Assembly (NCBI GenBank): GCA_963514005.1
Contig: OY740781.1
Location: 98,208,001 to 98,272,000 of the forward strand
DNA: 64,000 nt
Reading direction: 5' to 3'
Source of the DNA: Raja brachyura
Lineage: Eukaryota
Below are positions 10,715-20,842 of the stretch, in pieces (the first letter of the stretch is position 1; the number at the start of each line of letters is the position of its first letter). The position numbers and the translations under genes were made by a program. Below the pieces are notes generated by a model, which made no database searches, was not told where the DNA came from, and saw only the letters and a program-made list of their open reading frames with translations.

Positions 10715-11686
10715 CATTTCCGGGGAAGAAAACAGCACAGGTGACTGCGAGCGACTGCTGGGTCCCGACAGCAGAACTGGCCAGAACTTCAGTGCCTTCT
10801 GCGGCCGCTCACCTCTGGCAGTGCTCTCCGTCTGAACACCTCTCACCTGCTGCTCACCGACTTCGCTCATGTTAGCCGCTTCCTGCAAATGCTTAAATTC
10901 CGGCAGCTGAGTGACCTCAATTGGTCCCTTGATCACGCTGTCGGAATTGAAGGGTTTGCAGGAAGCGGCTGACATGAGTGAGGCTGGCGAGCGGCAGGAG
11001 AGAGGTTTTCAGACGGAGAGCTGCCAGAGATGTGTGGGGACCGGCAGAAGGGGCTGTCCGGTCCCAGCGGCCACTCTCAGCCACTCGAGCTAATTCACAC
11101 CCAGCCACAATGCGCTGGCTCCATACTCGGAGCATCGCAAGCGGGTTACTGGCCCCGATCCCCTCCTTCACAATGCTCCTGCCCTCCCCACAACTTTACC
11201 CCGGGCAGACTCCTCAAACGCTGTGAAAGGAGCTCACACCCCACCCCGGGAAATACGGTATTTAAAAACATAAAGCACCAAGAAATGTACTTACCACTTT
11301 ATCAGTACGCAAAGTCTATTCTTCTCTCTTTGTTTGCTAAGATACTCTTAAAGTAACGACAATCCATGTTTGAAAAACCTGCCAAGAAACTTGCACTGCG
11401 CATGCACAGTAGGCTGCTGCGCATGCGCAATGCCGCAAAGGCAGAATTTCAGCTGCCTTCAGCCCCACTTGTCATTGACGGCTTTAAGCAGCGCTGACGG
11501 CACGTGCATTGCACAGACCTTCGTGTGCTGCGGTTGAAAGGCACGGAGAATTATGCCTAATTGATCGATCTCTTAGATAGGCATAATTCTCCCATGCCTT
11601 TACTATTTATATTTAATAATTGCCATTTCATAATTTTAGTCAGGGTAGGCAGTGCCTACCTTGCCTACCCTGATAGCACGTCCCTG
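10715..11686. mobile_element. GC-rich insertion with a hAT-like terminus inside the Helitron
   Basis: Interrupts the 45-bp repeat array. Ends ...gcctaccttgcctaccctgatagcacgtccctg (CAGGGACGTG on the minus strand). Second TIR and TSD not found. Confidence 0.5.
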
Positions 11687-11970
11687 GTGCAAGGCCCGTA
11701 AACTCAAGTGCAGTTTCCTACCACTTCAAGCAGGGTGCGTCCACCAAACTCAAGTGCACTTTCATGCCACTTCAAGCAGGGCGCAAGGCCACCAAATTAA
11801 AGGGCAGTTTCCACCCACTTCAAGCAGGATGCAAGGCCGCCAAATTCTAGTTTCAAACCATTTCCCGCAGGGTGCAAGGCCACCAAATTTAAGTGCAGTT
11901 TCATACCACTTCATGCAGGGTGCAAGGCCACCAAATCCAAATGCATTTTTATACCATTTCGAGCAGGGTG
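11687..11970. repeat. ~45-bp tandem repeat (about 6 units), Helitron-internal
   Basis: Unit gggtgcaaggccaccaaatt.aagtgcagtttc.taccacttcaagca. Further units at 10640-10710. Confidence 0.9.
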
Positions 11971-12246
11971 AAACCACCATAAAACCACACAAAACACCAC
12001 ATAAACATCACACTCACAGTTCAGTAGACATTCAGTGTGTTCAGTTGATTTACAGCTTGGAGAGTGTCTGGACCTCTTCCTCTCCCATCTTGCAAAGACA
12101 GCCACACCCACACTTCCGGTTTTTGTAATCCCCCCCCCCCCCCCCCCCCATCCCGAGCGGAAGAGGACTGAGAAAGTTGGCCAAAAATCACAGTGGTAAC
12201 GTTGTATCTAAAATTAATATGCTGTGCAAACAGGAAGTTGTCAAGT

Positions 12247-12640
12247 TACCACCACCAACAGCCATTTGCAGTGCTTCACTTCAAACCAACCACCACAACC
12301 AACAGCCATTTGCAGTGCTTCACTTCAAACCAACCACCGTCAGCAGCCATTTACAGTGCTTCACTTCAAACCAACCACCACCAACAGCCATTGGCAGTGC
12401 TTCACTTCAAACCAAACACTGCCAACAGCCATTGGCAGTGCTTCACTTCAAACCAACCACCACAACCAACAGCCATTGGCAGTGCTTCACTTCAAACCAA
12501 CAGCCATTGGCAGTGCTTCACTTCAAACCAACCACCACAACCAACAGCCATTGGCAGTGCTTCACTTCAAACCAACATCCATTGGCAGTGCTTCACTTCA
12601 AACCAACCACCACAACCAACAGCCATTGGCAGTGCAAACC
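12247..12640. repeat. 31-44-bp minisatellite (about 10 units), Helitron-internal type
   Basis: Unit cagccattggcagtgcttcacttcaaaccaa(ccaccacaaccaa). Reverse-complement relatives at 35480-35590. Confidence 0.9.
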
Positions 12641-13199
12641 AATCACAGATATTGATTACATGAAAGTGTTTTGACAGTTCCCCAACCCAATTAAAAAGTG
12701 CCCCTGTACAATTTTTCTACGGCAGCTTCTGGAAGGAAGTCAGTTGACCCAAGTAATGCAACATTTTCCCTGGTACTATAGACAACTTAAATAAGGCTTC
12801 ACACTTCCGCTGTGTTTCATTAAACAGCAACACAAACACATTGCAACATTATTTACAATACCGTTTCACACCCCCTTTTATAACCTACGCATTTGCAGAC
12901 CTTCTTATCTCCCTCTGCAAACCTTCATACATACTAACAAAGTTAGGACATCTGGACCTCTCCTTATCATCAACTTCCATCTGGGATCCAGACTCCTCTG
13001 AGCCGTGACTCCATCTTGCAACTTTCACAGAATGAGACCAAGCAGGCCCACCAAATGCAAAGAACGTCCATTTTACTTCAGAGTCACATGAGTGACTACG
13101 TGAAGAACCCCGTACAGCTGTTGGTGCATCATGACGTCAGACGCGTTGGTGCAGTCGGCCGATTGAGGTGGTTTTTAAAAAATTTTCAGTTCATTTTCT

Positions 13200-14405
13200 G
13201 TGATGGTTGGAGAGGTCCTTTTGGAAATGTTGCAGAAAGTGAAAAAGGTGGCAGCGAGGCGCTCCGGAGGGAGGAAGGTTGACGACCAGGAGAGTGCTGT
13301 TGGTGGAGGCCCGTCTTGTGCACCTGGTCTGATGCCGGCTATACAGCCAGGAATTGCGGACCCACTGCCTTCGAGCAGTGTAGGCTTGCCAGTAGTGCAG
13401 AAGGCCACTGGAAAGTCAGATAGGCCCGTTGACCCAGAGTTGGGCCTCGAGGTTGTACCCTCTACAGGAGAGTCTGTTTGCTCACGGCGCTCCCAGGTCG
13501 AGATTCTATTACAAAGAATGCTCGACAGGGACCAGCTCCGGGAGGAGGAGTGGTGCCCAAACCAGGCTGTTGGAGAGCCTGAGCTAGCAGTACATTTTAC
13601 AGGGGTGCAGGAATATCCTGCCTGTGAGGAGGATGTTCCAATGGTGCAGTTTGCTGATACCAAATCTATGGTGGGGGAGAGCAGTAAGGGAGTTCAGTTG
13701 GAGGTAATTCCTAATATTGCTGGTTAATCTGCTATGCCCAGAGAGACAGGAAAACCGATTGGTGAAGAATTGGCTGCAACAATTCAGTATATGCTCTCCC
13801 ACCAGTTACAGGAGTTAGCCATGGATGAGGCCGCAAAGTATGAAGCTCCTATTAATTGTCATCTTCTGAAAGTACCTGTGGTTAATCATCAGATTTGGAC
13901 ACAGTTGGGGGTGTCAGCTAGGGCTCAAGAAATGAAATTTCAAAAAGTGCTCAGATTGTTCTCGGCAGGGCTTGCGGCTTTGGAGAAAATAATTGATACA
14001 GGGAATATGACTGAAGCCCATCAGGATGCACTGGGACTGTTTTGTAGTGCATTCTTTGAAATTAACAACATCAGAAGAGCCGCAATAAGGCCGGTGATTA
14101 ATCATAATCTGGCTGCTTTGTGCAAACCACCCAGTGTACCGCCAAGAAATCTATTGTTTGGAGGTGATCTTGTTAAAAGAGTTAAAGAATGTCATGAGGA
14201 TGTAAAAACTATGGGCCTCATTAAGACAGCTGGCAAATAAGGGAAAAGGTTTTATCCTTATCAAAGAGGCACCAGTTTGGTTGCAGGGGAAGGAACCAGC
14301 CATACAGGCCTACTATACCGGAATTGGCAGGCTGCCACCGGTATGAAGAGCAAGGTGCATTTCTCAAGGGGCCGTGGACAACAAGGTCTACACGGACATT
14401 TGCAG
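13200..14405 (+). pseudogene. DIRS gag-like ORF1 (in-frame stops at 13725 and 14238)
   Basis: ORFs 13200..13727, 13734..14240 and 14277.. share one frame. The TAA at 14238 is CAA in copy 1. Confidence 0.8.
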
Positions 14406-16293
14406 GTAAGGAATGTGCCTTTGAGAGAGAATGAATTAAGTAATGTTGCTGTTGAAATTGGGGGAAGGTTAAAATTGTTTCTCAAACAATGGCAGGAGTT
14501 AACGTCAGATTTGTTTATACTTAACAGTAGTGAAGGGGTAAAAATTGAATTTTACTCTAATGAGAGTCCACCTAATCAACATGTTCCAAGTCGGAAACAT
14601 CTTTTCAGATGAAGAAAATGTACTCATACAAGAAGAAATTAATTCATTACACTAGAGAGGAGTAATTGAGACATCAGTCTATCAAGGTTGTCAATTTGTG
14701 TCAAGTATTTTTCCTAGGGATAAAAAGACTGGGGGATGCAGAATTATCCTGGATTTAACGAGTTTGAACAAGTTTGTCTGTTATAGGCATTTCAAAATGG
14801 AAACATTTTCCACGGCCAAACATCTAATTTCCAAAGGGTGTTATATGGTTAGCATTGATTTGAAAGATGCATATTACTCAGTGTCTATTCATGGTGATGA
14901 TAGAAGATATTTGAAATTTATTTGGAAGACTCAGCTGTGGCAATTTAAGGCACTGCCTAATGGATTAACTTCAGCCCCTAGACTATTTACTAAAAATATA
15001 AAACCTGTGTTAGCATTACTCGGAGCTCAGGGGCATATAGTAATGGCCTATTTAGATGATATTCTGATTGTTGGAAAGACTCGTGCTGAAGCTCAGTTGT
15101 CAGTTTCAGTTGTTAAATCCACTTTTCAACAATTGGGGTTCGTTATTCATCCAGATAAATCCAAATTATCACCAGTTTAAATCATTGATTATTTGGGATT
15201 TGCCATTAATTCAAATCACATGTTGGTAACATTGCCCAGGGACAAATTGCAACAGTTGATTGAGGATTGTGTTAATCTCCTTGGAGAACAATCTTCAATT
15301 AGACAAGTAGTTAAGTTGATTGGTAAATTGGTGGCTGCTTTTCCAGCTGTGCAGTATGGTCGTCTGCATTATCAACAATTACAACGATCAAAGGAACAGG
15401 CACTGAGAATACAAATGGGACATTTTGACAGGCCTATGCAGTTGTCAGCTGGGGCAATTTCCGACATACAATGGTTGATAGTAAATGCTTCAAAAAGTTT
15501 TAGGAAGGTTTTGGTGGAACCTTGAAATCGGCTTGTGGTATCACCTTCAATGATATTACAGACTGATGTAAGTGCACTAGGTTGGGGTGCAACAGATATG
15601 TCTTCCAGCTGTGGAGGCAGATGGAATGCGGAAGAGACATCCCTTCTTCAATTAAGAGGGATCAATTATTTAGAGTTGTTGGAAACCTGGTATGGGCTTA
15701 AGGCTTATTGTTCTACCAGTAGGGACTTGCATGTGCAGGTTCAGATTGACAACACCACAGCAGTGGCATATGTAAACCACATGGGTGGAATCAAGTCACA
15801 GTCTTGTGATAGACTGGCTAACCAGATTTGGAGCTGGGGCATTGACAAAAATATCTGGATTTCAGCAATTTATTTGCCAGGTAGATTTAACTGTAGCTGA
15901 TACTAGATCACGTCAGTTCAATGACAACATAGAATGGATGTTAAATCAGGATGTATTTAATCAAGTGATTGTTCGGTATGGAATGCCAGATATTGACTTG
16001 TTTGCAGCTAGGTTAAATCATCAGTTGCCCAGATATGTTTCATGGGAACCAGATCCTGGTGCAGCAGCAGTAGATCCTTTCTCGCTGCATTGGGGAGGAA
16101 TGTTTGTGGATGCATTTCCTCCATTCTGTCTCATCAGTAGGTGCTTGCAAAAGATCAAGCAGGACTCTGTTTCAGGGGTATTAGTAGTGCCAGATTGGCC
16201 TACACAAGCATGCTTTCTTTTTGTATTACAAATGGCTAGGGAGCCTCGCATGATTATTCCCAAGAATGAAAATCTACTGGTAAATCCAGTAAC
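14406..16293 (+). pseudogene. DIRS pol (RT, RNase H, methyltransferase), disrupted
   Basis: IGGRLKLF, RIILDLTSLN, SIDLKDAYY, LPNGLTSAPRLF, AYLDDILI, QIDNTTAVAYVN, DIDLFA, AFPPF. Confidence 0.92.
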
Positions 16294-17039
16294 TGTGGAT
16301 ATTTTCACGTCTGCCTGCAGAGATAGTACTCCGAAGCAGTATATCACCTCGATAAGGAAGTGGGAGCAATTCTGTCTACACCAGAACATTTCATATCAAA
16401 CTACAGGCATCACAGAAGTCTTCACGTAGTCACTCACGTGACTCCGAAGTAAAATAGTAAGATTAAACAAAAACTTACCAGTTTGGTTTGATCTTTATTT
16501 TATGTTGAGTTGAGGGACTACGTGCCCTCCGCTCCCAGCCCTCATAGATTTCATCTGGTAGTTCTAGTCTATGTTATCTTACCATTATACTTCAGTCATT
16601 GTTATCTGAGTTCACTCCGCTGCTTTGAAGATTGACGCACCAACGGCTGTACGGGGTTCTTCACGTAGTCCCTCAACTCCTCATAAAATAAAGATCAAAT
16701 GTCAAACTGGTAAGTTCTTGTTTAATCTTACTATTTTATAATAGCTTTATTTTGGCCAACATTAACATTACCATTGCGCCCTGTGGACTTAACCACGTAA
16801 ACAATATTCAAAAGACCTAACACTCCTGATCAACATGCCTTAGAATATTATCATGCTCTATTTGATCACATTATTCTCCTTGGTGAATACCAATGCAAAG
16901 AGAAACTATGTGTCTCCCACATATTCTACGTGAAATATTACACGTGAGCTAAGATAGTGGCATTTAAGGGGCATTTGGATAGGTACATGTGAGTGCAAGG
17001 AATAGAGGGATATTGATCCTGTACAGGCAGATGATATCA

Positions 17040-17275
17040 GTTTAGTATAGAGATGCAGTATGGAAACAGGCCCTTCGGCCCACCAGTCCACGCTAACCAG
17101 CGATCCCTGCACATTAACACTATCCTATATCCGCTACGGACAATTTTTCCATTTACCAAGCCAATTAACCTACATACCTGCACGTCTTTGGAGTGTTGGA
17201 GGAAACTGAAGATCTCGGAGAAAACCGACGCAGGTCATGGGGAGAACATACAAACTCCGTACAGACAGCAGCCCT
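17040..17275 (-). mobile_element. HE1/V-SINE-like SINE inserted in a CR1 tail fragment (16960-17360)
   Basis: Minus strand gctgtctgtacggagtttgtatgttctccccatgacc (V-domain) followed by the CR1-like tail gggccgaagggcctgtttcc. Confidence 0.8.
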
Positions 17276-17857
17276 TGTTTATTTTAACTAACATCATGTT
17301 CGGCACAAACATTATGGGCCTAATGAGCCGATCCTGTATTGTACTGTTTTATGTTCTATTTTTGATAGTATATGCACACATGCTGCAATTTACTACATAA
17401 AGAAATCACAAGAGTATGTAAGTTGCACAAGTGATCAGCAAAAACAAATATTCCAATGTCACAGCATTGTCAAAAGTATAGAGTGAATCATGGTTATGTG
17501 GTTTAAAGGTGCGGGGACTCAAAATAATTAACAATTCCACAAAGAATTAACAGTTAATATATGGGATTGTTAAGTGTAAAGATTATAAAAATAAAAAGCT
17601 TACATTGAGGATGCATCTCAACTACTCTTGCGACCTTGAAGCAATGCAAGGTGAGACAGCTTTTTGGTTTATCTACAGAATGGATGGAGATGACTTTCAA
17701 GACAAAACAACTATTGTTAAAATTGAGGGTGAGGGATAAGTCATGTACACCTAATAAGATGGCATATAAGTATGTGAAAGTAATCTTTCCAAACAAAATA
17801 TGTGCAGATATTTACCAGACGTGTAAAACTCCACTCAAAACAAAACATATTCCTTTT

Positions 17858-18390
17858 ATAGAAAAAATAGGTGTAGGAGGAGGCCATTTGGCCGTTTGTG
17901 CCAGCACTGCCATTTATTGCGATCATGGATGATCATCCACAATCAGCAACCCATGCCTGCCTTCTCCCATATCCCTTGATTCCGCTAGTCCCTGGAGTTC
18001 TCTCTAACTCTCTTTTAAATTAATTCAGTGAATTGGTCTCCACTGCCCTCTGTGGCAGAGAATTCCACAAATTCACAACTCTCTGGGTGAAAACGTTTTT
18101 TTCTCATCTCAGTTTTATCTCATCTCATCTCATCTCAGAGGCCAGTTCATTGGATATATTTAAGAGGGAGTTAGATGTGGCCCTTGTGGCTAAGGGGATC
18201 AGAGGGTATGGAGAGAAGGCAGGTACGGGATACTGAGTTGGATGATCAGCCATGATCATATTGAATGGCGGTGCAGTCTCGAAGGGCCGAATGGCCTATT
18301 CCTGCACCTAATTTCTATGTTTCTATGTCTATGTTTCTAAATGGCCTCCCCTTTATTCTTGGACTATGGACCCTGGTTCTGGACTTCCCC
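17858..18390 (-). mobile_element. CR1 3' fragment interrupted by an opposite-strand CR1 tail (18136-18337)
   Basis: The minus-strand tail resumes at 18338 (aaatggcctcccctttattctt). The insert matches 50003-50205. Confidence 0.85.
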
Positions 18391-19810
18391 ATTTTTATGA
18401 GATGACCAAGAGATTGTAGAGGTATTTCGAGAGATTGTAGAGGTATTTCGAGAGTAAGATTAAAAACAGAGCACAGCTGAATATCTGAAATGAAAACATA
18501 AATTGCAGGAGACATTCATTAGGTTTGGCAACATCACGCAAAATGCCTTTGACCTGAAACATAACTCTGTTTCCCTACAGATGCTAAATTCCCCAGAAAA
18601 TATTCTATTTTGAATCAACATTGATATTTATATAGTGGCACTGATAAGCCTGGTGAATCCCTAAACTAAGCATTGAGAGGCAACTGTGCATATGGCCTAC
18701 CAAATGAACAAATTCAATCATAGTTATTGTACTCCCAAGACGTAATATTCGATTTCACATGTAAGATTGCAACATCGTTGGAGTTGGCTTCCAAAAACAC
18801 TAATGAATTTCAAACCTGTGCATAAAATTAGTATTAGTGCAGTCAGTGGGCAGATGGCAGTAGTAAAAGTCACAAATGTCAGTTCAGCAAGGAAAAATGA
18901 ATGAATTAAGAAAGGGCGAGGCTTGATCCAGAATGGAAAAACAAAACAATGTTAGACGAGTTCACAGAGTATAGGGATGCTGACAGAAGGAACTCGCACA
19001 GAAGAGGTTTTAATGATTTTGAGTTTGGTGAACAGTAGGGAACCATGTTATATTGTAAATATGCCCCTAGTGGCAAAGGGGAAAAGCAGCAATTTCAAAT
19101 TTGCTATAAATTTCAGGATGAGTACTGTGAAAAGGCTCAGGAAAGAACTCAAAATGTTACATGTTCTTACAATAGAAGGGTTGATCCAGCTGCAGATTGG
19201 CACTGAGTGATAAAGAACTGGGCACAAAAAAGTAAAATTTCAAATAAACCTTTACATTATGTAAATTTAAAATTAAGGGCATTTCTCCGATCCCTTTCTT
19301 TGATGGCACCACTTTGATTATTTGCAAGGCTATACTGTTTAAATTAGCAGTGATAGTACAGTTGGGTTGTCTTGTCATTTATGCAGACATGATTGATGCT
19401 TATGTGCAATGTTCATCTTTTATGGATAACCTAAAGTGTTGAGTATTAGAATCAGATCAGGCACCTCAACGAGTTTGGAGACCCAAAAGACTACAGATAT
19501 AGGAAAGCAGAGCAAAAAACAAACAGAAGGATGAACTCAACATCTTAAGCAGCGTCTGTGGAGCCAAATCAAATGTAGACGTTTCAGGTGGAGACTGGGT
19601 TCAGTCCTGATGCAGCGTATCGATCTGAATCGTCAACAGTTCTTTTCCCCAACAGGTGCCTCGCGACTCTTTGAGTTCCTCTGGCAGTCTTATTTTTTAC
19701 CTCAATGGGCTTTGTTCTATTTGCCTGATGTGAAGAGCTGAGAGAAAGGATATAAATAATACATAACTGGTCAGTAAACACACAAGCATTGTGACACCAT
19801 CATGTCTTGA

Positions 19811-19949
19811 TGTGGGGTGGAAGATTGCAACCTTCACGTGATCCTTCCTGTTTCGACTAATGCAATCAATTCAAAGTGCACAAACGGAAGATCAAATAGA
19901 ACAAGTTGTCCAACAACTTTAGGCTGTGCACGCCACACAAAAGAAGAAG
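19811..19949 (+). mobile_element. ~140-bp SINE-like element with 5' HDV-like ribozyme and (AAG)n tail, copy 1
   Basis: TSD atgtcttga at 19802-19810 and 19950-19958. Homologous to 30975-31112. Confidence 0.85.
19814..19867 (+). ncRNA. Minimal HDV/CPEB3-like ribozyme fold (mutated copy)
   Basis: P1 ggggtgg/ccttcct, P2 gattgca/tgcaatc, P3 acc/gat, L3 ttcacgt, J4/2 ctaa. Confidence 0.7.
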
Positions 19950-20193
19950 ATGTCTTGAAGGCATAGGATGTTCAGCATGTCCCCCAAAACTCTCACTAAC
20001 TTCTACAGATGTGTCGTAGAAAGCATTCTATTTGGATGCATCACAGCATGGTTTGGGAACAGCATCATCCAAGACCGCAATAAATTGCAGTGGATTGTAG
20101 ACGCTGCCCAGACCATCACACAAACCGATCTTTCTTCCATTGGATCCATTTACACTTCACGCTGCTTCAACAAGGCCAGCAGTATAATCAAGG

Positions 20194-20842
20194 ATCAGAA
20201 TCAGAATCACATTTTATTCGCCAAGTATGTTTTGCAACATACGAGGAATTTCACTGGCCAGGTCAGTCATACAATTAAAAGCAACAGACTCAAAACCACA
20301 TTTTAACATGAACATCCACCACATTCTCGTACACATTCCTCACTGCGATGGAAGGCGAAATAAAGTTAAAGTCCTTCCTTATTGTTCTTCCTCGGTCGGG
20401 GGCCTCGAGCCCTTCGTTGATGGGACAATCTTGACTCCCGTAGCCGACGGCATTCGGGCCCTCCGCATTGAGGCGTTCAGCTCCTGCATCGGGGAGTTGT
20501 CAGCTCCCCGCGCCGGGTGATCGAAACTCACGTTGGGGCTGGTCGAACCTTCTGCGGCATTGGAGCTCCGACTCAGCCTTTACCGAGACTGTGAGCTCTT
20601 GATGGTAAGTCCACAGGCCCCGTTGGGAGCAATCCCAAGCAAGGGATCCACTCCGATGTTAAGTCCGTGCCCCGCGGCGGGGCTCACAACAGTCCCAGGA
20701 GGCCTCCAGTCCAGCAATGGAAGGCTGCAGAGCCTGGAGAATGTGATACGGAAAATTGATCACATCTCCGGGAAAGTAGGAACTTGAAAAAAAAAAAAAT
20801 CCCCTGATCCCCTCACCCCTCCCCCCACATAAAACACACAGA
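20194..20842 (-). mobile_element. GC-rich SINE-like family, copy A (5' end removed at the CR1 junction)
   Basis: Shares the G-run, hairpin, ccttccatc.cagtgaggaatgtg box and gtatgttgcaaaacatac tail with 34587-35077. Confidence 0.75.

Larger units (their letters stand above)
10391..12640 (-). mobile_element. Non-autonomous Helitron-family copy (composite, interrupted)
   Basis: 10401-10580 is the reverse complement of the Helitron 3' region 58330-58506. 11970-12246 is the reverse complement of the head region seen at 35078, 54679 and 57563. Confidence 0.8.
13071..16737 (+). mobile_element. DIRS1-type retrotransposon, copy 2 (both termini present, recombinase deleted)
   Basis: Left ITR 13071-13127, ICR 16419-16524 complementary to both termini, right ITR 16637-16670 plus extension to 16737. 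gag and pol ORFs lie between. Confidence 0.95.

Noticed and set aside
12247-12640. CRISPR-like repeat/spacer array and overlapping repetitive ORFs
   Set aside because: The spacers are 0-13 nt and low-complexity (CA-rich), there are no cas genes, and the ORFs are by-products of a stop-poor minisatellite.
13132-13139. CRE palindrome TGACGTCA just inside the DIRS left ITR as a promoter element
   Set aside because: It is a single 8-mer with no second full copy in the window to test conservation.
18407-18452. Short tandem duplications (21-bp x2 here; aatgagtact repeats at 58605-58660)
   Set aside because: Ordinary slippage or repair duplications with no further structure.
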